A DNA stretch of 64,000 nt from Thermoanaerobaculia bacterium (GTDB taxonomy: Bacteria > Acidobacteriota > Thermoanaerobaculia > Multivoradales > JAIOJS01): contig DASYQD010000124.1 in NCBI GenBank assembly GCA_036005845.1, positions 25,024 through 89,023 of the forward strand. The letters are read 5' to 3'. The notes under the pieces are model-generated. The model saw only the letters and a program-made list of their open reading frames with translations. It had not been told where the DNA came from and searched no databases. Numbering within the stretch: position 1 is the stretch's first letter; every line of letters starts with the position of its first letter. A program made the translations under genes and the position numbers. Positions 1 through 10,666 of this stretch are shown here, piece after piece.

Positions 1-240
1 AAGATGCGCACCGGCCGGCTGATCGAGGTCGCCGAGGTGCTCAAGAACCTCCGCCTCGTCTCCGAGCGCAAGAGCCTGTCGTTCCGCGAGAAGAAGATGT
101 TCGAGCGCGCCAAGCACTTCATCGTCAGCGAGGTTGCCCACGTGCGCGGCATCGCCGAGCCCGACGCCCTGCGGGCGGTGGAGTCGGCGCTCGACTCGAG
201 CCTGGCCAAGCGGCACAAGAAGGAGCCGCGGGCCTGCTGA
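1..240 (+). CDS. C-terminal fragment of an unidentified protein; the reading frame is open to the window edge, so the gene probably begins upstream
   Basis: The ORF in frame 1 runs from the window edge to a TGA at 238-240. It has no recognisable catalytic motif. The true start cannot be determined. Confidence 0.3.
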   Translation, partial: KMRTGRLIEVAEVLKNLRLVSERKSLSFREKKMFERAKHFIVSEVAHVRGIAEPDALRAVESALDSSLAKRHKKEPRAC

Positions 241-330
241 GCTGATTCGGGACTCGCGATCGTCGAAGGCCCCACTCCGGTGGGGCCTTCGTGCATCTGG
301 AGGACCGGCGACAGCTAAGATCGCGATCTC

Positions 331-1002
331 ATGACACGCGACAATCTGCTCTTCATCACCATCGGCGTGCTCGCCGGCTTCATCTCCGGCTACTTCACCC
401 ACGAGGTGATGGCGGTGCGCCAGCCGCCGCCGCTGGCGGTGCTGCAGGCGGCACAGGCGCAGGCGGCGGCGATGGGCGACGCGCAGGCCGACGGCGCGGG
501 CGCCGGCCCCTTCGAAGGCGCCGCCGCTCCCGGCGACCCGCGGGGCACCGGTTCGGCCGGCGGCGCCGGCGCGCCCGCCGGGCCGGCGATGGCGGACATC
601 CTGCGCCTGCGCGAGCAGGTGGAGAAGAACCCCAACGACGCCGAGGCCGTGCTCACCCTCGCCAACCTCAACTACGACATCCGCAACTGGGACCGTGCGC
701 GGCAGCTCTACGAGCATTACCTCGAGCTGCGGCCGGCGCAGCCGGACATCCTCACCGACCTCGGCGTCTCCCTGCGCGGCCTCAAGCGCTTCCCCGAGGC
801 GATGGCGCGCTTCGAGCAGGCGCAGCAGCTCCAGGACGGCCACTGGCAGTCGCTCTACAACGAGGTAGTGGTGCTCGCCTTCGACTTGAAGGACACGGCG
901 AAGGCGCAGCAGGTGCTGGCGCGGCTGCGGCAGCTCCAGCCCGACAACCCCGAGGTGGCGAAGCTCGCCGACGAGGTCGCCAGGCGAAGCGGCGCGGCGT
1001 GA
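331..1002 (+). CDS. Membrane-anchored TPR repeat protein
   Basis: ATG at 331. The N-terminal hydrophobic helix (LLFITIGVLAGFISGYF) is followed by an Ala/Gly-rich linker and TPR-like repeats (AEAVLTLANLNYDIRNWDRARQLYEHYLELRPAQPDILTDLGVSLRGL...). The overlapping Arg-rich ORF at 291..1010 is judged a frame artifact. Confidence 0.6.
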   Translation: MTRDNLLFITIGVLAGFISGYFTHEVMAVRQPPPLAVLQAAQAQAAAMGDAQADGAGAGPFEGAAAPGDPRGTGSAGGAGAPAGPAMADILRLREQVEKNPNDAEAVLTLANLNYDIRNWDRARQLYEHYLELRPAQPDILTDLGVSLRGLKRFPEAMARFEQAQQLQDGHWQSLYNEVVVLAFDLKDTAKAQQVLARLRQLQPDNPEVAKLADEVARRSGAA

Positions 1003-1077
1003 CCGGCTAACGGCTCCGGCGCGATGGCCGCGCAGTTGGCCGGTCATCGCGAGGAGCGCAGCGACGAAGCGATCTCG

Positions 1078-3606
1078 ATGCCGAACGATGCAGCCGGCGC
1101 CCGCTGGTGCGAGGTGGCGGTGCCGGTGCCGCTGCCGGGCGCGCTGACGTACGAGGTGCCCCCCCCGTGGCAGGGCGCCGCGGTGCCGGGGACGCGGGTG
1201 CTAGTGCCGGTAGGGCGACGGCGGCTCGTCGGCGTCGTCGTCGGGTTGCTCGACGCGCCGCCCGAAGGCGTCGAGACGAGGCCGCTCGTCGAGGTGCTCG
1301 ATCCCGAGCCGGTGCTTACGGCGGAGCTGCTGGAGCTCGCGGCGTTCACCTCCGATTACTACCTGGCGCCGATCGGCGAGGTGGTGCGCACGATGCTGCC
1401 GCCCGACCTCGAGCCATGGGGCGCGCAGCGGGTGCGGCTCACCGACCGCGGCGCGCTGGCGGCGGCGACGGGCGACGAGGCGCTGGTGCTCGCCGCCCTG
1501 CGCGACCACGGCCGCCTGCGCGTCGCCGAGCTGCAGGAGCGCACTGGACTGGCCGCGCTGCCGGCGCTGCTTGAACGGTTGCGCGCGCAGGGCAAGGTGG
1601 TGGTGGAAGGCGGCGACCGTCACGCCGGCGCGCGCTACAAGCCGGCGGTGGAGCTCGCCGCGGGCTCCGTCGACGAGCTGACGGCGCGCGTCGGCCGCTC
1701 GCAGCAGGGCCGCGCCGTGGTGGCCCACCTCGCCGCCCTCGGCCGGCCGGCGACCGTGGAGGAGCTCCACGACGCGACCGGCAGCTCGCCGGCGGTGCTG
1801 CGGCGGCTGGTCAAGGTCGGCGTGCTGCGCAGCTTCCTCGAGGTGCAGCGGCTGTCGCTCGACGGACACCTGCTGAGCGGCACGAGCTCGCCGCCGGTGC
1901 GGCTGCGGGCCGACCAGGAGGAGGCCGTCGACCGGATCGTGGATGCGATGCGGCGGTCTTTCCCCCTGCCCCTTGAGGGGCAGGGGGCTGGGGGGATAGG
2001 GGTGAAACGGAACTTAGGGGAGGGGGTTGGGTGGGGGGCGGCAGCGGGCTTTGCCCGCGGGGGGGCCTTCCTACTCGCCGGCATGACGGGCTCCGGCAAG
2101 ACCGAGGTCTACCTGCGCGCCGCTCGCGCCGCGCTCGACGCCGGCCGCGGCGTGCTGCTGCTGCTGCCCGAGATCGCGCTCGTGCCGGCGCTGGCGCGCG
2201 CGGTGCGCGAGCGCTTCGGCGAGCAGGTGGCGGTGCTGCACTCCGGCCTCTCCGGCCCCGAGCGGCAGCAGGAATGGCAGCGCGTGCGCGGCGGCGCCGC
2301 CCGCGTGGTGCTCGGCGCCCGCTCCGCCCTCTTCGCACCGATCGCCGACCTCGGCCTCCTCGTCGTCGACGAGGAGCAGGATCCGTCGTATAAGCAGGAC
2401 TCGGTGCCGCGCTACCACGGCCGCGACCTCGCGCTCGTGCGCGCGCGCTCGGCGGGCGCGGTGGCGGTGCTCGTCTCGGCGACGCCGTCGCTGGAGAGCC
2501 GGCACAACGTCGAGACCGGCAAGCTCGTGCCGCTGGCGCTCACGCAGCGCGTCGGGCAGGGCGAGCTGCCGGAGGGGATCCTCGTCGACCTGCGGCAGGA
2601 GCCCGGCTCGAAGCGCCCCGGCGAGGTGCTGTTCTCGCTGCGACTACGCGAGGAGATCGCCCGCGCGCTCGACGCCGGCGAGCAGATCGTGCTGCTGCGC
2701 AATCGCCGCGGCTACGCACCGATCCTGCTCTGCCGCGCCTGCGGCGAAGACTTCCGCTGCGATGACTGCGGTCTCCCGCGCACCTACCACCGCCGCGCCA
2801 ACCGCCTGCTCTGCCACTACTGCGGGCAGTCGAGCTCGGCGCCCGCCTTCTGCCCGGTGTGCGACGCGGCGGCGCTCGAGCCCGTCGGCGCCGGCACCGA
2901 GCGGGTGGAGGAGCGCTTCTCCGAGCTGTTCCCGGAGGCGAAGGTGGCGGTGTTGGACCGCGACACCGCCCGCCGCCCCGGCGGCGCCGCCGCCATCCTC
3001 GATCGCCTGGCGCACGGCGACGCGCAGGTGCTCATCGGCACGCAGATGGTATCGAAGGGTCACCACTTCCCGCGCATCGCGCTCGCCGCCGTGCTCGCCG
3101 CCGACGCGTACCTCAGCTTTCCCGACTTCCGTGCCGTCGAGCGCACGTACACGCTGCTCACCCAGCTCGCCGGCCGCGCCGGCCGCGGCGAGCGCGCCGG
3201 TCGCGTCGTCATCCAGACCTTTCACCCCGATCATTACGCCATCCAGGCGGCGCTGCAGCACGACGACAAGCGCTTCGCTGCCGAGGAGATGCGCTTCCGC
3301 CGGGTCTTCCACTATCCGCCGTTCACGCGCATGGTGCACCTGCTAGTGCGCGACAAGAAGCGCGAGCGCGGCTGGGCACGCATCCAGGAGCTGGCGGAAC
3401 GCATCTCCGAGCACCCGCTGGCGGCCGGCGTGCGGATGTCAGGGCCGGCGCCGGCGCCGCTCGAGCGGCTGCGCAACCAGTGGCGGTTCCAGTTGCTGCT
3501 GCGCGAGACGTCGGGCGTCAAGCTGCGACGGCTCGTCGGCGCGGTGCTGCCCGAGGGCGCCGACCGCGACTTGATGGTGGACGTCGACCCATACGACCTC
3601 CTCTAG
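1078..3606 (+). CDS. priA: Primosomal protein N' (replication restart helicase PriA)
   Basis: Walker A (LLAGMTGSGKTEVYL), a DEEQD-like motif (VVDEEQDPSYKQ), helicase C-terminal motifs (GTQMVSKGHHFP, QLAGRAGR) and a Cys-rich zinc-binding region (CRACGEDFRCDDCG...CHYCG...CPVCD). Start taken at the ATG at 1078 (MPNDAAG...) by alignment logic to E. coli PriA. The ORF track gives 1024. Confidence 0.9.
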   Translation: MPNDAAGARWCEVAVPVPLPGALTYEVPPPWQGAAVPGTRVLVPVGRRRLVGVVVGLLDAPPEGVETRPLVEVLDPEPVLTAELLELAAFTSDYYLAPIGEVVRTMLPPDLEPWGAQRVRLTDRGALAAATGDEALVLAALRDHGRLRVAELQERTGLAALPALLERLRAQGKVVVEGGDRHAGARYKPAVELAAGSVDELTARVGRSQQGRAVVAHLAALGRPATVEELHDATGSSPAVLRRLVKVGVLRSFLEVQRLSLDGHLLSGTSSPPVRLRADQEEAVDRIVDAMRRSFPLPLEGQGAGGIGVKRNLGEGVGWGAAAGFARGGAFLLAGMTGSGKTEVYLRAARAALDAGRGVLLLLPEIALVPALARAVRERFGEQVAVLHSGLSGPERQQEWQRVRGGAARVVLGARSALFAPIADLGLLVVDEEQDPSYKQDSVPRYHGRDLALVRARSAGAVAVLVSATPSLESRHNVETGKLVPLALTQRVGQGELPEGILVDLRQEPGSKRPGEVLFSLRLREEIARALDAGEQIVLLRNRRGYAPILLCRACGEDFRCDDCGLPRTYHRRANRLLCHYCGQSSSAPAFCPVCDAAALEPVGAGTERVEERFSELFPEAKVAVLDRDTARRPGGAAAILDRLAHGDAQVLIGTQMVSKGHHFPRIALAAVLAADAYLSFPDFRAVERTYTLLTQLAGRAGRGERAGRVVIQTFHPDHYAIQAALQHDDKRFAAEEMRFRRVFHYPPFTRMVHLLVRDKKRERGWARIQELAERISEHPLAAGVRMSGPAPAPLERLRNQWRFQLLLRETSGVKLRRLVGAVLPEGADRDLMVDVDPYDLL

Positions 3607-3706
3607 AGCCGGCGAGGGTGCTGCCCGCGCAGGATTCCGGACCCGCCGGGCCTCTCACGTGCTGAGCCCAAGCCGTGAGATCGTGACCGACCGAGGAGCC
3701 CCTCGC

Positions 3707-5392
3707 ATGCCGTCAAGCATCGCCTCGCCCGACCGGCCTTCTCTCCGCCACCGCGGCCGAGCCGCGCTGGCGCTGCTCGCGTGTGCGGGACTCGTGACCA
3801 GCGCGGTCCCGGCGCAGCAACCGCCGGCGGAAGTGCCGCACTACGACGAGACGGTCGACGTCACCCTCGTCACCACCACCTTCTACGTCGTCGACGCCGG
3901 CGGCAAGCCGGTGCGCGACCTGCGGCAGGACGAGGTCGAGGTCACGGTCGCGGGCAAACCGGCCCAGATCGCCCACTTCGAGCCGGTGGGAGCGGAGCTC
4001 GCGGCCGATGCCGCGGCGCCGGCAGCGCCGAAGACCGCGCCGTCGCCCGCCGCGCCATCTCCCGCGCGAGGCGCCGCCGGCCCGCGCCACGTCTTCTTCT
4101 TCTTCGACCTCACCTTCTCGCTGCCGCGCGCTCTCCCCGCCGCCAAGAAGGTGGCCGACGGCCTGGTGGAGAAGCTGCCGCCGAGCGACTTCCTCTACCT
4201 CGTCACCTACCACAGCCAGCGCGGCATGAACCAGGAGCTCGGCCCGGTCACCGACGCCGCCGGCCGGCAGGCGCTGGTGCAGCGCATCGACGCCATGACG
4301 CCCAACGTCGAGCGCATCCACCGCCGCGTCGACCTGCCCAACTATCACGGCCTCGGCAAGCGCAGCGACGGCGGCCTGATGGCCGACACTTACACCCGGG
4401 CGCACGACAACGAGCTCGACGCCTACGCCGCCGAGGGCGCCGCGCTGGCCCAGTCGCTGCAGAGCTTCTCGGCCTTCCTGCGCCAGGTGCCGGGGCCGAA
4501 GGCGGTCCTCTACTTCACGCAGGGCATCGACAGCGACGTCTACGGCGGCCTCGCGGCGGGTGTCGACCTGGGCGGGCACGGCGCCATCCGCCACGGCTCG
4601 TTGCGTGCCGTCTTCGATCCGGCGCTGAAGGCGCTCGCGGAGACCGGCGCGGCGCTGTTCTTCGTCGACCCGGTGGTGGGATTCGAGCCGGGCGACCGCG
4701 TGGAAGGCGTCGAGCCCGACGCCGAGGCGCACTGGGTCGACGACGCCCCCACCGGCGGCGGCACGCTGCAGTTGATGAGCGAGACGAGCGGCGGGCTGGT
4801 GCTGACCGATCCCAACACCGCGACGCTGCAGGACAAGCTGGGCGGCTGGCTGGACTCGCGCTACGAGCTGGGCGTCTACGTGACCGCCGAGCAGCTCGGC
4901 AAGCCGCTCCAGGCCGAGATCCGCGTCAAGCGGCCGGGCGTGCACGCGTGGACCGCCCGCTGGCTGCAGCCGCCGCGCTCGCCGCGCGAGCTGCAGCCGC
5001 CCGAGCGCGCCTTCCTCGCCGTGCAGATGACGATGGCGAAAGACCCACGCTCGGCGCTGCGCAACCTGGTGACGCCGGCGCTCGAGGGCTTCGCCGGCAC
5101 GCCGCACTTCGACCGCCAGGGCGAGGCGATGCACCTGCGCTTCGTCCCGGGCGACTGGTCGACCGAGATGGCGCTGCGCGGCATGGAGCTGTTCAGCGTC
5201 GTCGTCGCGCCCGGCGAGCCGCCGCAGCTCGTCAGTCTGGAGAAGCGGATGTTCAGCCCGACGCCGATGCACGACCCGATCGAGGCGTCGGTGGCCGCGA
5301 AGCCGGCGCTGGTCTGGGGGCTCGTCGCCTTCGACCTGACGACCGGCCAGATCTACTACGGCCGCTACGCGATGCCGGCGTCCGGCGGCTAG
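3707..5392 (+). CDS. Secreted VWFA-related domain protein (Acidobacteria-type VWFA-related family)
   Basis: Signal peptide from the ATG at 3707 (MPSSIASPDRPSLRHRGRAALALLACAGLVTSAVPAQQ). It is followed by the characteristic beta-rich opening 'ETVDVTLVTTTFYVVDAGGKPVRDLRQDEVEVTVAGKPAQI' and a VWA-like region. This resembles the TIGR03436-type VWFA-related family, judged from memory. The ORF track start at 3659 (GTG) is an alternative. Confidence 0.55.
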   Translation: MPSSIASPDRPSLRHRGRAALALLACAGLVTSAVPAQQPPAEVPHYDETVDVTLVTTTFYVVDAGGKPVRDLRQDEVEVTVAGKPAQIAHFEPVGAELAADAAAPAAPKTAPSPAAPSPARGAAGPRHVFFFFDLTFSLPRALPAAKKVADGLVEKLPPSDFLYLVTYHSQRGMNQELGPVTDAAGRQALVQRIDAMTPNVERIHRRVDLPNYHGLGKRSDGGLMADTYTRAHDNELDAYAAEGAALAQSLQSFSAFLRQVPGPKAVLYFTQGIDSDVYGGLAAGVDLGGHGAIRHGSLRAVFDPALKALAETGAALFFVDPVVGFEPGDRVEGVEPDAEAHWVDDAPTGGGTLQLMSETSGGLVLTDPNTATLQDKLGGWLDSRYELGVYVTAEQLGKPLQAEIRVKRPGVHAWTARWLQPPRSPRELQPPERAFLAVQMTMAKDPRSALRNLVTPALEGFAGTPHFDRQGEAMHLRFVPGDWSTEMALRGMELFSVVVAPGEPPQLVSLEKRMFSPTPMHDPIEASVAAKPALVWGLVAFDLTTGQIYYGRYAMPASGG

Positions 5393-5521
5393 ACACCCGC
5401 GGCAGCCGGCACCTGCGAGCGCCTGCTCACCTGGCCGCCAGAAATGGGTGCCGCAGCGACGATCGCGCCGCCCGCGCCGCGCTCGACGCCGGCCGCGGCT
5501 GGGTACAATCACGACGCCCTC

Positions 5522-6736
5522 ATGCCAACGCTGAGCGAGCGCGCCCTTCCGCAGCTCTCCGTCCTCGTCGTCGTCTTCGACATGGAGCGCGAAGCGCACC
5601 GTACGCTGCGCTCGCTGGCCGACGACTATCAGCGCGGGGTGAGCGCCGAGCAGTACGAAGTGCTGGTGCTCGACAACGGCTCGCCGGAGCCGTTTCACGC
5701 CGGCTCCGTCGCCGAGTATGGTCCCAACTTCCATTACCACCGGATGCCGCAGCCGAGCCGCTCGCCCGCCGGGGCGATCAACTACGGAGCCCGCCTGGCC
5801 ACGGCGGACTACCTCGGCGTGATGATCGACGGCGCGCGCCTGCTCACGCCGGGGATCCTGCGCTACGCGCTGGCCGCCCGGCGGCTCGTGGCGGAGCCCT
5901 ACGTCGTCACCCATTGCTTCGACCTCGGCCCGGCGCTGCAGCCGATCGCCATCGAGCAGGGCTACGACCGTGAGCGCGAGGACGCGCTGCTGGCGAGCAT
6001 CGGCTGGCCGGCGGACGGCCAGCGCCTCTTCGACGTCGGCGTCACCGCCGCCGACGGCTGGTTCGCTCCACTGCTGGAGAGCACGTTGGTGTTCGTCACC
6101 CGCCGCACCTTCGAGGGCGTCGGCGGCTTCGACGAGCGCTTCACCAGCGCCGGCGGCGGCATGGTCAACATTCACATGCACGAGCGGTTCTGCGCTCAGC
6201 CGGAAGTGGAGCTCGTCACCCTGCTCGGCGAAGCCACCTTCCACCAGATGCACGGCGGCGCAGCGACGGGCGTGCCGCAGTCGGCGCAAGCGGAGCTCAC
6301 GGAGGCCTTGCGGGAGGATTACCGGAGCATCGTCGGCGCGCCCTGGTCGGGCCGCCCGCCGGCCCGGCCGTCGCGATTCCTCGGTCACCTGCCGCCGCCG
6401 GCGCGCCGTTGGCTCGCCCACCGGCGCGACGAGCTCGCCGCCGAGCTGACGCGGGTGCGGCGCACCGTACGCCTCCTCGAGAGCGCGACGAGCGACCGGC
6501 AACGGGAGATGCTGCACGTACACGGCATGATCGCCGACCGCGACGCCGAGCTGGCGCGGCTGCGCGAGGAGCTGGCGGCGCGCATCGCTACCGCGAATTG
6601 GTTGGCGGACGAGGTCGCGGCGCGCCGGGCGACGCTGTCGCGGCTCGAGCGCGAGGTCGCGGAGCCGCAGTCGGCTCTCGTCGAGGGCGAGCCGTGCGCG
6701 CCGGCGGTGAGCGCTCCACCGGCGGTGCCCAATTGA
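5522..6736 (+). CDS. GT-A fold (glycosyltransferase family 2-like) protein with a C-terminal coiled-coil extension
   Basis: The N-terminal 'LSVLVVVFDMEREAHRTLRSL...YEVLVLDNGS' resembles the GT2 nucleotide-binding start. There is no clean DxD motif. The C-terminal ~90 aa form a heptad-like coiled coil (RDAELARLREELAARIATANWLADEVAARRATLSRLEREVAE). Start taken at the internal ATG 5522. The ORF track begins at 5444. Confidence 0.45.
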   Translation: MPTLSERALPQLSVLVVVFDMEREAHRTLRSLADDYQRGVSAEQYEVLVLDNGSPEPFHAGSVAEYGPNFHYHRMPQPSRSPAGAINYGARLATADYLGVMIDGARLLTPGILRYALAARRLVAEPYVVTHCFDLGPALQPIAIEQGYDREREDALLASIGWPADGQRLFDVGVTAADGWFAPLLESTLVFVTRRTFEGVGGFDERFTSAGGGMVNIHMHERFCAQPEVELVTLLGEATFHQMHGGAATGVPQSAQAELTEALREDYRSIVGAPWSGRPPARPSRFLGHLPPPARRWLAHRRDELAAELTRVRRTVRLLESATSDRQREMLHVHGMIADRDAELARLREELAARIATANWLADEVAARRATLSRLEREVAEPQSALVEGEPCAPAVSAPPAVPN

Positions 6737-7926
6737 GCGGCAACGTGGAAGCGCGGCGCGACGCCTCGCCGGCGCTGTCGGTGGTCGTGGTCGTCTTCAA
6801 CATGGCGCGCGAGGCGCCGCGCATGCTGCACTCGCTGTCGGCGGCCTACCAGCAGGGCGTCGGCGCCGACGAGTACGAGGTCGTGGTGGTGGACAACGGC
6901 TCGCGGCCGCCGCTCGGCGAGGAGGCCGTACGCCGCTTCGGGCCCAACTTCCGCTACCGCTACGTCGAGGATGCCAGCCCGTCGCCGTCGCGCGCCATCA
7001 ACCTCGGCATCGCAATGGCGCGCAGCGACTACCTGGCGATCATGATCGACGGGGCGCGCATCCTGAGCCCCGGCGTGCTGCGTCACGGCCTCGAGCTGCC
7101 GCGGCTGTTCGCGCGACCATGCGGCCTGGTCCACGGCTGGCACATCGGGCCGGACTTCCAGAGCCGCTCGATCGAGCGCGGCTACGGCCGCGACGTCGAG
7201 GACGCGCTGTTGGCGAGCATCGGCTGGCCGGCGGACGGCTACCGGCTGTTCGAGATCAGCTCGCCGCACGACCCCATCGCCACCTGGTTCGAGCTCGTCG
7301 ACGAGAGCAACTGCACGTTCGCCCACCGCGACGTGTTGGCAGAGGTGGGCGGCTACGACGAGCGCTACCAGTGCGCCGCCGGAGGGTTGGTCAACCTCGA
7401 CGTGCAAGTCCAGCTGCTCGACCACCCGCGAGTGGACACCGTGATCGTGCTGGGCGAGGGGACCTTCCACCAATTCCATGGCGGGCACACCAGCAGCACG
7501 CCACAATCGAGGCTCGAGCCGCTGGTGGAGGGGTTCAAGCGCGAATACCTCGCCATTCGCGGCGAGGAGTGGGTGTGGCCGCGGCCCTTTCGCGCGCCCC
7601 ACTTCCTCGGTCACCTGCCGGCGGCGGCGGAGCGCTTCCTGTCGCCCTTCGCCGTCAACGTCTACCCCGAGCTGGTGGCGGCGCACGAGCGCATCCGGCG
7701 ACTGCACGCCGTCCACTCCTCGCTCGAGGTTGAGGTCCGGCGGTTGCACGGCGAGGCGCAGGCCCGCGACTCCGTGCTCGAGGAGATGTATCGCCGGGTG
7801 GCGGCGTGCGACCGGCAGATCGCCGACGGCCACCGGGAAGCGGCGTGCCTCGACGCCGCGATCGCCGCCGCTCAGGACGAGGTGGCGCGGCTCGACGCCC
7901 TGCTGGCGCCGGCGGAGAGACGATGA
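6733..7926 (+). CDS. Paralog of the preceding GT-A-like protein, also with a C-terminal coiled coil
   Basis: The residues run co-linear with gene 5522..6736 (SVVVVVFNMAREAPRMLHSL...YEVVVVDNGS...LLASIGWPADG...FHQFHGG). The TTG at 6733 overlaps the upstream stop by 4 nt. The N-terminal portion in the ORF track (6409..) overlaps the upstream gene in another frame and was trimmed. Confidence 0.45.
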   Translation: MSGNVEARRDASPALSVVVVVFNMAREAPRMLHSLSAAYQQGVGADEYEVVVVDNGSRPPLGEEAVRRFGPNFRYRYVEDASPSPSRAINLGIAMARSDYLAIMIDGARILSPGVLRHGLELPRLFARPCGLVHGWHIGPDFQSRSIERGYGRDVEDALLASIGWPADGYRLFEISSPHDPIATWFELVDESNCTFAHRDVLAEVGGYDERYQCAAGGLVNLDVQVQLLDHPRVDTVIVLGEGTFHQFHGGHTSSTPQSRLEPLVEGFKREYLAIRGEEWVWPRPFRAPHFLGHLPAAAERFLSPFAVNVYPELVAAHERIRRLHAVHSSLEVEVRRLHGEAQARDSVLEEMYRRVAACDRQIADGHREAACLDAAIAAAQDEVARLDALLAPAERR

Positions 7927-9029
7927 CCTGGAACGAGCTGCTGTATCCCGACCTTCAAGACGCCGACGCCCAGCGCGCCGCGATCGAGCGCTTCCACGCC
8001 CTCTACTACCACCGCGGCCAGCAGACCTGGATGAACACCTACTGGCTCGGGGTGCCCACGGCCAAGTGCCCGCTGGATCTCTGGATCTACCAGGAGATTC
8101 TCGCCGAGCGGCGGCCGGACGTGATCGTCGAGGCCGGCACCTACCACGGCGGCAGCGCTCTCTTCCTCGCCTGCATCTGCGAGCTGCTCGGCCAGGGCCG
8201 CGTCTACAGCATCGACATCGCGCCGCAGGAGCCGCTGCCGCAGCACCCGCGTCTCGAGTACCTCCGCGGCTCGTCGGTGAGCGACGAAGTGTGGCGCGAG
8301 CTGCGGGCGCGCATCGGCGAGAGCGAGCGGGTGCTGGTCATCCTCGACTCCGACCACTCGCGCCAGCACGTGCTCGCGGAGCTCGAGCGCTTCCACGAGC
8401 TGGTGAGCGTCGGCAGCTACCTCATCCTCGAGGACACCAACGTCAACGGCCACCCCGTGTACCCGCGCTTCGGCCCCGGACCGATGGAGGCGCTCGACGA
8501 GTTCCTGCAGAGCCACGCCGAGCTACGGGTGGACCGCGAGCGCGAGAAGCTGCTCCTCACCTTCAATCCGCGCGGTTACTTGGAGAAGGTGTTGCCCGGC
8601 GCGGACGATGCCGCGGTCGATCCCGACGCGGCCGAGGTCTTCCTACCCCAGCGGTCGGCGCCGCCGCCCGCCGAGGTCGGGTTCGCGGCGCTCCTACGCG
8701 AGCTCGCCGAGCGCGACGAGGTCATCGCCTGGCTGCACCAGGAAGTGGCGGTCCGTGACGACATGGTGGCGCTGCTGCACCGCGAAGTGGCGCGCCGCGA
8801 TGGCGGGATAAGCCGCCTCCACGGCGAAGTAGCGCTCCGCGACCGCCGCGCCGAGGAGCTCGCGGCGGCGGTGGCGGAGTCGGCGGCGCGCCAGCGGTGG
8901 GCCGAGGAACGCTGCCGAGCGGCGGAGGAGCGCTGGGCAGCGATCGAGAACAGCCGCCTTTGGCGGACGGTGACGCTCTACTGGCGCTGGCGAGCTCGCC
9001 TGCGCCGCCGGTTGCGGCGCGCAGACTGA
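7923..9029 (+). CDS. CmcI/cephalosporin-hydroxylase-family class I SAM-dependent O-methyltransferase with a C-terminal coiled-coil repeat
   Basis: The ATG at 7923 overlaps the upstream stop (ATGA). '[11 protein letters not shown]...[55 protein letters not shown]...[11 protein letters not shown]' matches the rhamnosyl/sugar O-methyltransferase (PF04989-like) family. The C-terminus has three imperfect repeats ([13 protein letters not shown] / [13 protein letters not shown] / [13 protein letters not shown]). Confidence 0.65.
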   Translation: MTWNELLYPDLQDADAQRAAIERFHALYYHRGQQTWMNTYWLGVPTAKCPLDLWIYQEILAERRPDVIVEAGTYHGGSALFLACICELLGQGRVYSIDIAPQEPLPQHPRLEYLRGSSVSDEVWRELRARIGESERVLVILDSDHSRQHVLAELERFHELVSVGSYLILEDTNVNGHPVYPRFGPGPMEALDEFLQSHAELRVDREREKLLLTFNPRGYLEKVLPGADDAAVDPDAAEVFLPQRSAPPPAEVGFAALLRELAERDEVIAWLHQEVAVRDDMVALLHREVARRDGGISRLHGEVALRDRRAEELAAAVAESAARQRWAEERCRAAEERWAAIENSRLWRTVTLYWRWRARLRRRLRRAD

Positions 9030-9164
9030 AGCCCGGGCGCTCGGCCAGAGCGCGCAGCCGGCGCCGCACGCGACCGCCGCGTGCGGAGAGGCCGCACTTG
9101 GTGCCGCCTCGCTTGCCGCCCCCGGACCTTTGCCGTACCATCCCGCGGACCCGCGGGAGGCACC

Positions 9165-9727
9165 TTGCCCGACACCGACGCCCAGCGCTCGCGCAGGCTC
9201 CTCGACGCGCGCCAGATGGACCGCGTGATGCGGCGCATGGCGGGCGAGATCCTGGAGCAAAACCATGGCGCCAGCGACCTCATCCTCGTCGGCATCCGCA
9301 CCCGCGGCGTGCCGCTGGCCGAGGCGCTGGCCGACGAGATCGGGCGCCTCGAGGGCGTCGAGGTACCGCGCGGCATCCTCGACATCACCCTGTACCGCGA
9401 CGACCTGTCGGTGATCGGGCCGCAGCCGATCGTGCGTCCGACGTCGCTGCAGGAGCCCATCGACGACAAGGTGGTGGTGCTCTGCGACGACGTGCTGTTC
9501 ACCGGCCGCACCGTGCGCGCCGCGCTCGATGCCCTCATCGACTACGGGCGGCCGAAGGCGGTGCGCCTCGCCGTGCTCGTCGACCGCGGCCACCGCGAGC
9601 TGCCCGTCCAGGCCGACTTCATCGGCAAGACGGTCGAGACGCTCGACGACGACGTGGTGAAGGTGGCCTTCGAGGCGACGGACGGGCGGCAGGAGGTCAT
9701 GCTCCTGCACGAGTATCGGGCCGCGAA

Positions 9728-9731
<4 letters not shown>
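9165..9731 (+). CDS. pyrR: Bifunctional pyrimidine operon regulator / uracil phosphoribosyltransferase PyrR
   Basis: Co-linear with B. subtilis PyrR ([21 protein letters not shown]...ITLYRDDL...[21 protein letters not shown]...[13 protein letters not shown]). TTG start at 9165 was chosen by alignment. The ORF track begins at 9081. Confidence 0.85.

Positions 9732-10662
<931 letters not shown>

Positions 10663-10666
<4 letters not shown>

Noticed and set aside
291-1010. 239-aa Arg/Gly/Ala-rich ORF overlapping the TPR gene in another frame
   Set aside because: The translation is low-complexity and typical of an off-frame high-GC artifact. The frame at 331 yields coherent TM and TPR features.
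3713-6523. 936-aa minus-strand ORF spanning the VWFA-like and GT-like genes
   Set aside because: It is antisense to two well-supported plus-strand genes. The Arg/Ala/Gly-rich translation has no domain signatures.
6409-6732. N-terminal 108 codons of ORF 6409..7926, overlapping the upstream GT-like gene
   Set aside because: The homology to the paralog begins only at ~6740. The TTG at 6733 gives a 4-nt coupled overlap, and the upstream part is Arg-rich out-of-frame sequence.
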